From the NCBI GenBank assembly GCA_049997815.1, contig JBEKVQ010000001.1, positions 20,642 through 84,641 on the forward strand: DNA of 64,000 bases. Direction: 5' to 3'. The notes below the pieces were generated by a model. The model searched no databases and was not told the DNA's origin. It saw nothing but the letters and a program-made list of their open reading frames with translations. Both the position numbers and the translations under genes were made by a program. Positions 18,395-28,586 of the stretch are shown here, piece after piece (position 1 is the first letter of the stretch; each line of letters begins with the position of its first letter). Origin of the DNA: Minisyncoccia bacterium (lineage in GTDB: Bacteria; Patescibacteriota; Minisyncoccia; UBA6257; GWB1-50-10).

Positions 18395-20505
18395 TTTTCA
18401 ACCATCAGGAGTTTTTTATCTCCGACCGGAAGATGTTCGTAGACAGCTTCGGTGATGAAGGGCATGAAGGGATGGAGCATTTTCAGGGACTCTCTGAGCG
18501 TGTAGGCGAGGATTTTCTGGGTATTGGCCTTCAATTTTTCGTCCGAACACTGTTTCTTGGATTCCTCGATATACCTATCGCAGAACTCGTGCCAGAAAAA
18601 TTCGTAGAGGTCGTGGAGAGCCGGACTAAACTCGAAGGCCGCGATGTATTTTTCGGTCTTGAACTTGGCATTTTTCAGTTCCCTCATAATTTTTTTGTCC
18701 GCGACGGTTTCCGCTCCCGGTACTTTATCCAGCTCGGTGTTTTTGAATTTAACGTCCCCCAACTGTGTTAGAACGAAACGGCTGGCGTTCCAGATCTTGT
18801 TCGCGAATTTCCGGCCGGCCATTACCGCCGCCTCGTCCCAATGAATGTCTTGTCCCGAGGCCTGCCAGATGACCGCGAACCGGGTCGCATCGGCTCCGTA
18901 ACGTTCCACATATTCCAATGGGTCAATGCCGGTACCCAAGCTTTTGGACATCCGCTTCCCCTCCTTGGCCAGTATTGTGCCGTTGATGAAGACGTCCGTG
19001 AAGGGAGCTTTCTTATGGAATTCCATACCGGAAAAAACCATCCGTGCAACCCAGAGATTCAGAATATCGCGGGCTGTGATAAGCGCACTGCCGGGGTAGT
19101 ATTTTTTAAGGTCCTCTTTGGAAAGCCCGGCGAAGGGCCATAGGGCGGATGAAAACCATGTGTCCAGAACGTCTTGGCTCCGCTCCATCCCGCATTTCTT
19201 GCAGAACGGGCAATCCCCCGGTTTCTCGAGAGACACGGCGAATTTTTCTTTGTCATTCTTGCAGAAATAGACCGGCAACTGGTGCCCCCACCAGATTTGG
19301 CGGGAGACGGACCAGTCGCGGACATTCTCGAGCCAGCTTAAATACGTCTTTTCGAAATTTTTTGGCTGAATTTTGACTTTCTTGGACTTCACGGCGGTTT
19401 TCGCGAGCACGCCCAGCTTATCCATTTTGAGGAACCACTGAATGGAGGGGATTGGTTCTATCGTCGCTCCGCAGCGATAGCATCTTGCGACCCGGTTTTG
19501 ATAAGGCTCTTCTTTTACCAAAAGCCTCATCTCTTTTAAGTCGCTTACTATTTTTTCTCTGGCTTCAACGGTTTTGAGTCCGGCGTACTTTCCCGCTACC
19601 GGCGTCATCTTGGCCCGTTCGTCTATCACCTGAATCATATCCAATTTATGCCGCTGGCCAATTTCGAAGTCCAGAATGTCGTGGGCGGGCGTCACCTTGA
19701 CCGCGCCCGTGCCGAACTTCGGGTCTATTACAGTGTCGCCAATTATCGGGATTTCCCGGTTTTGGATGGGAAGCATCACTTTTTTCCCGATGAGAGATTT
19801 GTATCTCTTGTCGGTGGGATTTACGGCGATTGCGGTGTCGCCCAGCATCGTTTCGGGGCGCGTGGTCGCGACCGTGACCTCGGGAGAGTATTTAATGTAC
19901 CAAAGTTTTGTCTCGCTACCCTCGTATTCCAATTCCAGCTCGGATAAACTCGTGCCGTCCTTAGGGCACCAGTTCACCGTGCGGAGCCCGCGGTAGAGCC
20001 ACCCCTTTTCGTAGTAATGGATGAAGGCCTTCAAAACGTCGCGGCTGTAATTCTCGTCCATCGTGAAGCGGACGCGGGACCAATCGGCCGAGACACCCAA
20101 TCTTCTCAATTGGGAAAGAATTATGTCGCCGTATTTTTTCTTCCACTCCCAGACCTTCTCTATGAACTTCTCGCGACCGAGATCCCATCTTGAAATATTT
20201 TCTTTCCGCAATTCTTTTTCCACCTTGTACTGCGTGGCGATGCCAGCATGGTCGGTTCCCGGGAGCCAGAGAGCTTTGAACCCCTTCATCCGGTGATATC
20301 TAATGAGAATATCCTGAATGGTATTATTCAGGGCGTGGCCCATATGAAGCGTGCCCGTCACATTCGGAAGAGGCATATAGACGATGTATTTTTTCTTACG
20401 ATTTTTTTGGTCAGGGAGACCATCGGGATTAAAATAGCCCGAATTGAGCCAGGTTTCGTATATCTTGTCTTCAACGAGCTTGGGGTCGTATTGGGGATTC
20501 AGCAT
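18388..20505 (-). CDS. valS: valine--tRNA ligase (short form, 705 aa)
   Basis: PNVTGTLHMGHA (HIGH region), KMSKSLGTGIDP (KMSKS), CP1 editing domain and anticodon-binding domain. Lacks the usual long C-terminal coiled coil. Confidence 0.9.
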   Translation of the reverse strand: MLNPQYDPKLVEDKIYETWLNSGYFNPDGLPDQKNRKKKYIVYMPLPNVTGTLHMGHALNNTIQDILIRYHRMKGFKALWLPGTDHAGIATQYKVEKELRKENISRWDLGREKFIEKVWEWKKKYGDIILSQLRRLGVSADWSRVRFTMDENYSRDVLKAFIHYYEKGWLYRGLRTVNWCPKDGTSLSELELEYEGSETKLWYIKYSPEVTVATTRPETMLGDTAIAVNPTDKRYKSLIGKKVMLPIQNREIPIIGDTVIDPKFGTGAVKVTPAHDILDFEIGQRHKLDMIQVIDERAKMTPVAGKYAGLKTVEAREKIVSDLKEMRLLVKEEPYQNRVARCYRCGATIEPIPSIQWFLKMDKLGVLAKTAVKSKKVKIQPKNFEKTYLSWLENVRDWSVSRQIWWGHQLPVYFCKNDKEKFAVSLEKPGDCPFCKKCGMERSQDVLDTWFSSALWPFAGLSKEDLKKYYPGSALITARDILNLWVARMVFSGMEFHKKAPFTDVFINGTILAKEGKRMSKSLGTGIDPLEYVERYGADATRFAVIWQASGQDIHWDEAAVMAGRKFANKIWNASRFVLTQLGDVKFKNTELDKVPGAETVADKKIMRELKNAKFKTEKYIAAFEFSPALHDLYEFFWHEFCDRYIEESKKQCSDEKLKANTQKILAYTLRESLKMLHPFMPFITEAVYEHLPVGDKKLLMVEKW

Positions 20506-20512
20506 GATCCAA

Positions 20513-21523
20513 TTATAAATTCAAATTCGCTTGGGCGCGAATGGCGTGCTTCTTTTTTCTCAAGCTCTGGATGTAGGCCGCGACCGCTATCATTACAGCA
20601 TTATCGGTGTTAAAACTCATCGGCGGCACGAGAAAATTCCGGCTAATCTCCCTCACTGCATTCCCGAGCGTCTCCCGCAGGAACGAATTAGCCGCGACCC
20701 CGCCAGAAAGGATTACCGACCTGGTTTCGTATTCCTTGGCCGCCCGGATGGCTTTCGCGACCAGCACATCCACGGCCGCTTTTTGGAAACTCGCAGCCAC
20801 GTCGGCTTCATTCACTCTCGGATTATCCCTCAAATAATAGAGCACCGAAGTTTTTAATCCGGAAAAGCTGAAATCGTAATTTTTGTCGTGGAGCATCGGA
20901 CGCGGAAAAACTATCGCGCCGGAATCTCCGCGGGAGGCGAGTTTTTGTATCTCCGGTCCGCCTGGATAGGGAAGACCGAGCATCTTCGCCACCTTATCGA
21001 AGGCCTCGCCCACGGCGTCGTCCCGCGTCTCACCCAATTTTTTCCATTTGGTGAGTGATTCAACTCTCAGTAGTATCGTGTGTCCACCACTAACAATGAT
21101 GGCAATGGCCGGAAATATTTTTGAAAGAGCGAGTTTATTACCCAAAAGCACGCTGTATAAATGACCTTCCAGATGATTTGCTCCGATGAGCGGTGTTTCC
21201 TTGAAAATATTTTTTTTGAGTTCTTTGGCGAACTCTACACCAGTCCAGAGAGCCGGTTCCAGTCCAGGCCCGACCGTGACGGCAAGGAGGTCGGGTTTGA
21301 TTTTCTTGTTTTCGGTGAGTTTTCCGAAAACCACCGGCAGATTTTTGATGTGTTCCCGCTTCGCGAGATTTGGCACGACGCCACCCCAGGGCCGATGAAT
21401 GGCAATTTGGGAAGAAACGATGCTCTTCAGGACCTTGAACGCCGGTTTTTTAAGCCCACCCTTTGCGTCGAGGAGCGCAAGCGCAGTTTCGTCGCAGGAG
21501 GTTTCGATGGCGAGTATCCTCAT
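20513..21523 (-). CDS. tsaD: tRNA N6-adenosine threonylcarbamoyltransferase TsaD
   Basis: MRILAIETSCDETALAL..., GGVAANS and a metal-binding HxxxH region. Kae1/TsaD family. Confidence 0.9.
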   Translation of the reverse strand: MRILAIETSCDETALALLDAKGGLKKPAFKVLKSIVSSQIAIHRPWGGVVPNLAKREHIKNLPVVFGKLTENKKIKPDLLAVTVGPGLEPALWTGVEFAKELKKNIFKETPLIGANHLEGHLYSVLLGNKLALSKIFPAIAIIVSGGHTILLRVESLTKWKKLGETRDDAVGEAFDKVAKMLGLPYPGGPEIQKLASRGDSGAIVFPRPMLHDKNYDFSFSGLKTSVLYYLRDNPRVNEADVAASFQKAAVDVLVAKAIRAAKEYETRSVILSGGVAANSFLRETLGNAVREISRNFLVPPMSFNTDNAVMIAVAAYIQSLRKKKHAIRAQANLNL

Positions 21524-21591
21524 TTACGGCATTTTACCCGATATCTCATCATTTTACGAGGATTAATCGATGTTTTATACTTATCATACAT

Positions 21592-21993
21592 ATGATTCAA
21601 CCATTTTTAGTTTTCGGCGATCTCGGTATCGCCATATTAAGGGTCATACTGGCCTTGATACTCATAGCGCACGGCTGGCCGAAGATAAAAGATATAAAAG
21701 GTACGGCGGCGTGGATGGGTCAGACGTTCAAGCCGGGATTTTTCTGGGCAACCGTCGTTGCGCTCACCGAATTCGTCGGCGGGATATTCCTCCTGTTCGG
21801 GTTTTTGGCTCAACTTGTTGCCCTTCTTGTTGCTGTTGAGTTTCTGGTCATCGTGTTCACGGTGAAACGCGGCAAGGGTTTCGTCGGCGGAAATGAGTTC
21901 GAACTTTTGATACTCGCCGCGGCCCTGGCGCTCTTGACCCTCGGCTCCGGCCACTACGGTCTGGACTACTACTGGGGCGTTCTGCTTTACTAG
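21592..21993 (+). CDS. DoxX-family membrane protein
   Basis: Four TM helices with the LRVILALILIAHGWPK pattern typical of DoxX. The longer upstream extension overlaps tsaD and was trimmed. Confidence 0.55.
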   Translation: MIQPFLVFGDLGIAILRVILALILIAHGWPKIKDIKGTAAWMGQTFKPGFFWATVVALTEFVGGIFLLFGFLAQLVALLVAVEFLVIVFTVKRGKGFVGGNEFELLILAAALALLTLGSGHYGLDYYWGVLLY

Positions 21994-22002
21994 AGAGGCA
22001 CT

Positions 22003-23493
22003 ATGCCTATACGTTTTTGGGAAATAATTCCGGGCGCGCTCGCTTGGACGACGCTTTTGGGATTTCTCCTTTTATCTTGGCGCGTGCCGGAGGCGGTCGT
22101 TTATATAATCATCCTCTATGACCTCTACTGGCTTTTAAAGGTACTTTATCTTTTCTCCCATCTCCGCCCGGCGTTCGTGAGAATGCGAGATAATATGAAG
22201 GTGGATTGGCTCCAGAAATTAAAGTCGGAGAAGCCGGGTGAATGGGGAAAGATCCACCATTTGGTGATATTCCCCTTCGTCCACGAGCCACACGAGGTCC
22301 TGAGAAAGAGTTTCTCGAATCTCGCGGAATCGAATTATCCGAAGGAGAAGTTCTTTGCGGTGCTTGCGATGGAAGGAAGGAGCGGAGAAGAGAGCCGGAA
22401 GACCGCAGAGAAGATAAAAGAAGAATTTGAAGGCAAATTCAGGGGCTTCCTGATTGCCGTTCATCCGAATGGCATTCCGGGGGAGATAATTGGCAAGGGT
22501 TCAAATGAAGCGTGGGCGGCGAAGGAAGCGAAGGAAAAGATCATCGACCCGTCCGGCGTCCCCTATGAAGATATTTTGATATCGGTTTTGGATTCGGATA
22601 CCCGCACCGGTCCGGATTATTACGGGATCCTTACCCACACATTTTTAAGCGCCCCGCATCCGCACCGCTCGAGTTATCAGCCCATCCCCATTTACATGAA
22701 TAACATCCATGAGGTGCCGTTCATCGCCAGAATGATGAGTTTCTCATCTACCTTCTGGCAATTGATGCAAGAGGCTCGTCCGGAACAACTGGTGACCTTT
22801 TCCTCCCACAGCATGCCCTGGAAAGCGCTCGTCGAGGTCGGTTTTTGGGAAAAGGACCTGGTTTCGGAGGATTCGAGGATTTTTTTTCAGTGCCTCGCCC
22901 ATTACAAAGGTGATTGGCGGTGCGAACCGGTTTTTTATCCCATCTACCTTGATGCAGTTGCCGGAGAAAATTTTTGGGCGGTGGTGAAGAGTTTGTATAA
23001 GCAGCAGCGGCGTTGGGCCTGGGGGGCGGAAAATTTGGCCCGGCTGGCCAACGATTTCTCGCGCGATAAGGAAATATCCGGAAGGGTAAAAAGATTTTGG
23101 TTTCGAGTTCTCTTCGACGGTTTCTATTCCTGGTCCACAAGCTCGTTCATAATATTTTTCTTTGGCTGGCTGCCGAATGTTTTGGGAAACGAAACATTCC
23201 GCGCCTCGGTCCTCTCGTACAATTTGCCGCGGGTTACCGGTTGGATGTTGAATCTTGGTTCGGTGGGCATCTTGGCTTCCGCTTTTCTGAGCATCGTGAT
23301 ACTGAAGCCGACAATGAAGGGATTCAAAAAAAGATTCTATGTATATTACGTTCTGCAGTGGTTACTCACGCCAGCCGTTTTCATCATTTTCAGCGCCTTG
23401 CCGGCGCTGGATGCCCAAACCCGGCTGATGCTCTCAGGACGCTTACGTCTGGGTTTTTGGAACACGCCGAAACCGAAGACAGACCCCGTTTAG
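22003..23493 (+). CDS. family-2 glycosyltransferase, membrane-embedded, with a processive-synthase QxxRW motif
   Basis: VLDSDT (DxD) and QQRRWAWG (QxxRW), with flanking TM helices. Confidence 0.55.
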   Translation: MPIRFWEIIPGALAWTTLLGFLLLSWRVPEAVVYIIILYDLYWLLKVLYLFSHLRPAFVRMRDNMKVDWLQKLKSEKPGEWGKIHHLVIFPFVHEPHEVLRKSFSNLAESNYPKEKFFAVLAMEGRSGEESRKTAEKIKEEFEGKFRGFLIAVHPNGIPGEIIGKGSNEAWAAKEAKEKIIDPSGVPYEDILISVLDSDTRTGPDYYGILTHTFLSAPHPHRSSYQPIPIYMNNIHEVPFIARMMSFSSTFWQLMQEARPEQLVTFSSHSMPWKALVEVGFWEKDLVSEDSRIFFQCLAHYKGDWRCEPVFYPIYLDAVAGENFWAVVKSLYKQQRRWAWGAENLARLANDFSRDKEISGRVKRFWFRVLFDGFYSWSTSSFIIFFFGWLPNVLGNETFRASVLSYNLPRVTGWMLNLGSVGILASAFLSIVILKPTMKGFKKRFYVYYVLQWLLTPAVFIIFSALPALDAQTRLMLSGRLRLGFWNTPKPKTDPV

Positions 23494-23494
23494 C

Positions 23495-24028
23495 ATGACG
23501 GAATATCTTACCCAAGCCGTGGTTTTGGGTTACCGGCCGCAGAAAGAAAATGACCGGTTGGTGGATTTGTACACCAAGGATTTTGGGCGTTTGGAAGTAA
23601 GGGTCATCGGCGGCCGACGCATACTCTCGAAACTTTCGCCGCATTTGGATTTGTTCAATCTGGCCACGGTGCGCTTGGTCGAAAAGAAAAGCGTAACACT
23701 AACCGACGTTCTTTCCGATGATGATTTTGGGAAGGAAAGGCGGAGTCCTGATTTTTATCCCAAGTTTTTGAAAATTCTTTCGCTCGTGCGGGCGCTCACC
23801 CCCAAGGCGATGCCCGATACGCATCTCTGGCATTATCTCGTGAAAGGTCTGAAAACCGGGAATGGCGACGTCAGAACCCTACTCAAGGTTTTGGGCTATG
23901 ACCCGCAACATGCGGCCTGCGATTCCTGCAATCGGAGCCCGGTCTCGGTCTTTCGCATCAAAGACCAATCGTTTTTTTGCCGGAGCTGCAGTTTAAAAGA
24001 TTCTCCGGATGGGATAATATATTTCTAG
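23495..24028 (+). CDS. recO: DNA repair protein RecO (short form)
   Basis: N-terminal OB fold (AVVLGYRPQKENDRLVDLYT..GRLEV) and a C-terminal Cys4 zinc motif (CDSC...CRSC). Confidence 0.6.
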   Translation: MTEYLTQAVVLGYRPQKENDRLVDLYTKDFGRLEVRVIGGRRILSKLSPHLDLFNLATVRLVEKKSVTLTDVLSDDDFGKERRSPDFYPKFLKILSLVRALTPKAMPDTHLWHYLVKGLKTGNGDVRTLLKVLGYDPQHAACDSCNRSPVSVFRIKDQSFFCRSCSLKDSPDGIIYF

Positions 24029-24049
24029 TCGCGTTTACGGCGGCTTTTT

Positions 24050-25918
24050 ATGTCTCTCGAAAGTTTGGAAAAAAGATTGAAAAGTTCCCGGATAAAAACA
24101 TCCGGCAAAACTTCCGCTCGGAAAAAGGGGGCGGAAGAAAAGATGCCGGAACCTCTCTCGGAAAAAATTCTTGAGTTCGAAGAAGAACTCGAAGATAGCC
24201 ATCATTGGTTGAAAAGGACCCTTTTGTTTGGGAGCGGATTGGCATTTCTAATTCTCGCTCTGGGGCTTTTTTTCATCTTCTCATACAGCACGAGTTCGCG
24301 GGACGTGACGCTTGAAATATCTCCTTCGTCCGATGTCTCCCGGGGAGCGCCCTTCTCGGTCGAGGTGAGCGTTACGAATAACTCCGGCGGTCTCATTAAG
24401 GGCGGGATAATCACGCTCAACCTGCCCCAGGGTGTGATTGAGCCGGGTTCCGGGCGTGATCGCAGCGTGGTGATGGAGAACATCGGAGACCTCACGTCGG
24501 GCAACCTCGTAAAGAGGACGTACTCCCTCGTGCCGGTGGACCCAGTCGGTTCGAAAGAGACCGTAACCGCAGTCCTGTCATATGCGATATCTACGGGCGC
24601 CCGGTTTGAGGTGCGCCAAACAATGGATATAGAAGTAAAAACCGCGGCCATTGAGATGGAATTGAAACGGCCCGATCAAATATTGAGCGGCTCCACCTTC
24701 GCCGTGAAGGTCAATTACATGAATAAGAGCGATTTTAATTTTCCGGCGCTCACTCTCGAAGCCGACTATCCGAGTGCCTTCAAATTCGATTCGGCGAGCG
24801 TTCCGCCGGCTTCAATGAATAATTACTGGCAGCTCGGAGGATTGAGCGGTAATGCGAGCGGAACGGTTTCCATCTCCGGCCATCTGGACCTAAGTTCGGG
24901 CGCGAACGTCTCTTTGCCGGTCAAAATCTCCGCCAATTTCGGCGGCCAGGATTATCCCGTTGCGGATGGCGTTGTCTCTCTCACTCCCGCGTCCTCGCCC
25001 ATAACCCTCCAGGTTTTTGTTAATAACCAGAATAATTATCTAGCCAGCGCGGGGGATGTTCTGAAATACTCGATTCAGTATCAAAATTCGAGCGGTATCG
25101 CTCTGTCCGATGCGAAAATAACGGCGACCGTTGCGGGAGAAATGTTGGACTGGAGTTCACTGAAGACCGATGGGGTATTTGATCCGAACGCCCAGACAAT
25201 AAGCTGGAGCTCCGCGAATATGCCGGCTCTTAAAATGCTTGACCCGGGCGCGGGCAGTCAGGCGGATTTTCAGGTGAAATTAAAAAGCACATTTAATTTG
25301 GATCGCTTGAATGACAGGAACTTCTCCGTCCGCGTGAATGTGGTCATGAGCTCCCCGTCCGTTCCGTACTACCTTTCCTCCAAAAACACTTCGGTGCAGG
25401 CGGTTTCGGATACTAAGATATCCGGTTTGGTGATGGTTACGACGCAGGGGTATTTTGAAGAGGCAGCGAGTGGGACATCGAGTGGCGGAAGCTTGCCGCC
25501 GCAGGTAAATCACACCAACAGTTATTCCATCCACTGGCTCATTAGGAATTTTGCGACCGATTTAAACAATGTGGAGGTGAGGGCGGCGCTTGCGCCTGGC
25601 GTGAAGTGGGTGACGGCTGTGAGCGCAAATCTCGGTAACCCAGTTATTTATAACCCCGGCGATAATTCGGTTACCTGGAACATCGACCGCGTGGCGGCAA
25701 CCAAGGGAATTTTAAGCGACCCTGCTGAAGCGATTTTCCAGGTCGAAGCGACACCGGACGCATCAATGGTCGGTGCGCCCGAGCTGCTCGTTGGCACGAC
25801 TTATCTTAAGGGCACCGATAATTTTACAGGTCAGGAATTAACGAGCCAATTCGTTCCGATGACAACCAAGACGCTCAGTGGCGGAGTAGGCCAATTTGAG
25901 ACCATTGTTGTTTGGTAG
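24050..25918 (+). CDS. large membrane-anchored extracellular protein of unknown function
   Basis: N-terminal charged region, then one TM helix (LLFGSGLAFLILALGLFFIF). The remainder is beta-rich and Ser/Thr/Asn-rich, resembling CARDB/DUF11-like surface repeats. Confidence 0.45.
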   Translation: MSLESLEKRLKSSRIKTSGKTSARKKGAEEKMPEPLSEKILEFEEELEDSHHWLKRTLLFGSGLAFLILALGLFFIFSYSTSSRDVTLEISPSSDVSRGAPFSVEVSVTNNSGGLIKGGIITLNLPQGVIEPGSGRDRSVVMENIGDLTSGNLVKRTYSLVPVDPVGSKETVTAVLSYAISTGARFEVRQTMDIEVKTAAIEMELKRPDQILSGSTFAVKVNYMNKSDFNFPALTLEADYPSAFKFDSASVPPASMNNYWQLGGLSGNASGTVSISGHLDLSSGANVSLPVKISANFGGQDYPVADGVVSLTPASSPITLQVFVNNQNNYLASAGDVLKYSIQYQNSSGIALSDAKITATVAGEMLDWSSLKTDGVFDPNAQTISWSSANMPALKMLDPGAGSQADFQVKLKSTFNLDRLNDRNFSVRVNVVMSSPSVPYYLSSKNTSVQAVSDTKISGLVMVTTQGYFEEAASGTSSGGSLPPQVNHTNSYSIHWLIRNFATDLNNVEVRAALAPGVKWVTAVSANLGNPVIYNPGDNSVTWNIDRVAATKGILSDPAEAIFQVEATPDASMVGAPELLVGTTYLKGTDNFTGQELTSQFVPMTTKTLSGGVGQFETIVVW

Positions 25919-25963
25919 CCGATTTACAACTCGGAATTTACAAATTACAGTTGAAGAGTAGCT

Positions 25964-27262
25964 ATGAAAGGAAATATCTCCAAAATCGGTTTATTCGAAA
26001 AAATCGCGAGCTTGGCGAAGCGGCGCGGTTTTATCTATCCCGGCTCCGAAATTTACGGCGGCCTGGGCGGTTTTTACGATTGGGGCCATTTGGGAGTGAA
26101 GCTGAAGTGGAATATCGAATCGTCCTGGTGGCGCGAGATGGTCCAGCTTCGGGACGACGTTGTGGGAATCGATGCCGCCTTGATTATGAATCCGAAAGTT
26201 TGGGAGGCCTCGGGGCACGTTTCCGGTTTTTCCGACCCGCTTGTGGAGTGTAAGAAGTGCCATCATCGCTTCAAAGACGATCAGATTGAGGACAACAAAT
26301 GCCCCGATTGCGGAGGCGCGCTTACCGAATCCCGCCAGTTCAATATGATGTTCAAAACATTCGTTGGTCCGGCGGAAGATAGCGCTTCCGTGGCCTATCT
26401 CCGGCCCGAGACCGCCGGCGGAATTTTCGTGAATTTTAAGAACGTACTCTCGACGAACCGGCTTAAGATTCCCTTTGGTGTCGCCCAGATGGGCAAGGCC
26501 TTCCGTAACGAGATAAATCCCAGGGACTTCGTCTTTCGTACGCGCGAGTTCAAGCAGATGGAATTGGAATATTTCGTGAAGCCCGGCGAGGATGAAAAAT
26601 ATTTCGACGAGTGGGTAGAAAGACGCTTCGCTTGGTACAAATCCATCGGCCTCAAGAATGTGCGAAAACGGGAGCAAGCCAAAGAGGAGCGGGCGCATTA
26701 TTCCAAGGCGACGACGGACATCGAGTATGAATTTCCTTTCGGCTGGCAGGAGATAGAAGGAATCGCGAATCGGGGCGATTTCGACCTTAGCGCGCATACG
26801 AAAGCATCGGGCCAGGACCTTTCATATGTGGATGAGGAAACGAAGGAGCGCTTTGTTCCGTACGTGATAGAACCCTCCGCCGGAGTGGAGCGCATTGCGC
26901 TCGCGCTCCTTTGCGAAGCCTACTATGAAGAGAAGGACCGGGTGGTTTTGAAATTCAATCCCAAGATGGCACCGATAAAAGTAGCGGTTTTTCCGCTTCT
27001 CGCGAATAAGCCGGAGCTCGTGAAGCTCGCCCGTAAAATCTATGAAGAATTAAGGCGGGAGTATACGGTGGCCTGGGATGCCCGGGGAAACATCGGCAAG
27101 CGCTACTACTCGCAGGATGAGATTGGCACGCCTTTCTGCATTACGGTGGACTTCGACAGTTTGGAGAAGGACGATGTGACGGTGCGAGAGAGAGACACAA
27201 CGAAACAAGAAAGGGTGAAGATAAAAGAGCTTAAAGAATATCTAAAAGAGCGCCTCGGATGA
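25964..27262 (+). CDS. glyQS: glycine--tRNA ligase (alpha2 type)
   Basis: GFIYPGSEIYGG, FRNEI, FKQMELEYF class II motifs. Insertion domain with a Cys cluster. Confidence 0.9.
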   Translation: MKGNISKIGLFEKIASLAKRRGFIYPGSEIYGGLGGFYDWGHLGVKLKWNIESSWWREMVQLRDDVVGIDAALIMNPKVWEASGHVSGFSDPLVECKKCHHRFKDDQIEDNKCPDCGGALTESRQFNMMFKTFVGPAEDSASVAYLRPETAGGIFVNFKNVLSTNRLKIPFGVAQMGKAFRNEINPRDFVFRTREFKQMELEYFVKPGEDEKYFDEWVERRFAWYKSIGLKNVRKREQAKEERAHYSKATTDIEYEFPFGWQEIEGIANRGDFDLSAHTKASGQDLSYVDEETKERFVPYVIEPSAGVERIALALLCEAYYEEKDRVVLKFNPKMAPIKVAVFPLLANKPELVKLARKIYEELRREYTVAWDARGNIGKRYYSQDEIGTPFCITVDFDSLEKDDVTVRERDTTKQERVKIKELKEYLKERLG

Positions 27263-27273
27263 GGCGCTTTTTT
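27249..27273 (+). terminator. rho-independent terminator overlapping the glyQS stop
   Basis: agcgcctc-ggat-gaggcgct followed by TTTTTT. Confidence 0.55.
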
Positions 27274-27311
27274 GTTGTGGTTTCAAGATAATTAAATTAT
27301 CATTTCTCTAT

Positions 27312-28580
27312 ATGATAAAAGCCGAAAAAATAAAATTAAGGAACGGACTGCGGATAATTTTGGTGCCCCAGTCGGGAAGTTTGGCGACGACCGTAATGGT
27401 ATCGGTCGAGGCCGGCTCCAAATACGAGACGAAAGAAATAAACGGTATCTCCCATTTTTTGGAACATATGTGCTTCAAGGGCACGACTAAGCGCCCCGAC
27501 CCGATAAACATCTCGGCGGAGCTGGACGGCCTGGGAGCACAGTACAACGCCTTCACTGGTCAGGAATCCACGGCCTATTACGCCAAAGCCAAGAACGAGA
27601 ACTTCAACGAAATTCTGGATGTGATGGCCGATATGTATTTGGACCCGATATTCGACGCGAAGGAGATAGAAAAAGAAAAAGGAGTCATCATCCAGGAGCT
27701 CAATATGTACGAAGACACGCCGGCGCGGCGCGTGGGCGAACTTTTCATGCGTCTCGTCTATGGTGACCAGCCGGCGGGTTGGGACGTTGGTGGCCGAAAA
27801 GAAGTGATAAGGAAGATAAAGCGGAATAATTTCATAAAATACCGGAGTAAACATTACGTGCCTCAGGCGACCATTGTTACCGTTTCGGGCGGGTTCAAAG
27901 AAAATGGTCTAGTGGAAAAGATAGGGAGGTATTTTTCCGCGTTAAAGCCGGGGCCCAAAAGCAAAAAATTGAAAGTTAGAGAAGTTCAATCCAGGCCGCG
28001 GGAGAAAATATATTTCAAGGATTCCGACCAGACGCATATGGTTATGGGTTTCCGAGCTTTCGGGGTTCACGACAAGCGGCGTTTGGCTCTTCAGGTTGCC
28101 TCGGAAGTATTGGGCGGCGGAATGAGTTCGCGTCTTTTTAGAAAGGTCCGGGATGAGCTGGGCGCGGCCTATTACGTGCGGGCGGAAGCCGACCTCTATT
28201 CTGACCACGGCCTTTTCATGATGTCAGCGGGCGTTGATCACGCCAAGATAGAGAAAGTGATAAAAGCGGGTCTCGATGAATTTACTCGCCTTCGGGACGA
28301 GCTCGTGAGCGAGAAAGAATTGAAGAAAGCCAAAGAGCACCTTATCGGCAATCTCTATCTGTCGCTTGAGACGTCGGATGAATTGGCTTATTTCTACGGC
28401 GGCCAGGAGGTGATGGGATTGAAGTTGACCTCGCCGCAGAAAATCGCGAAGCAAGTCGGCAAAATAACGGCCAATGATATAAGAAAGGTGATGCGGCAGG
28501 TGATAAAAAAAGACCGCCTGAACCTTACCATCATCGGGCCCTTCAAGAAGAAGAGTTTCCTTGATATAGTGAAGGTGTAA
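27312..28580 (+). CDS. M16-family zinc peptidase (insulinase-like)
   Basis: Inverted zinc motif HFLEHMCFKGT (HxxEH) and the downstream E. Typical ~420-aa M16B. Confidence 0.85.
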   Translation: MIKAEKIKLRNGLRIILVPQSGSLATTVMVSVEAGSKYETKEINGISHFLEHMCFKGTTKRPDPINISAELDGLGAQYNAFTGQESTAYYAKAKNENFNEILDVMADMYLDPIFDAKEIEKEKGVIIQELNMYEDTPARRVGELFMRLVYGDQPAGWDVGGRKEVIRKIKRNNFIKYRSKHYVPQATIVTVSGGFKENGLVEKIGRYFSALKPGPKSKKLKVREVQSRPREKIYFKDSDQTHMVMGFRAFGVHDKRRLALQVASEVLGGGMSSRLFRKVRDELGAAYYVRAEADLYSDHGLFMMSAGVDHAKIEKVIKAGLDEFTRLRDELVSEKELKKAKEHLIGNLYLSLETSDELAYFYGGQEVMGLKLTSPQKIAKQVGKITANDIRKVMRQVIKKDRLNLTIIGPFKKKSFLDIVKV

Positions 28581-28586
28581 GGAATT

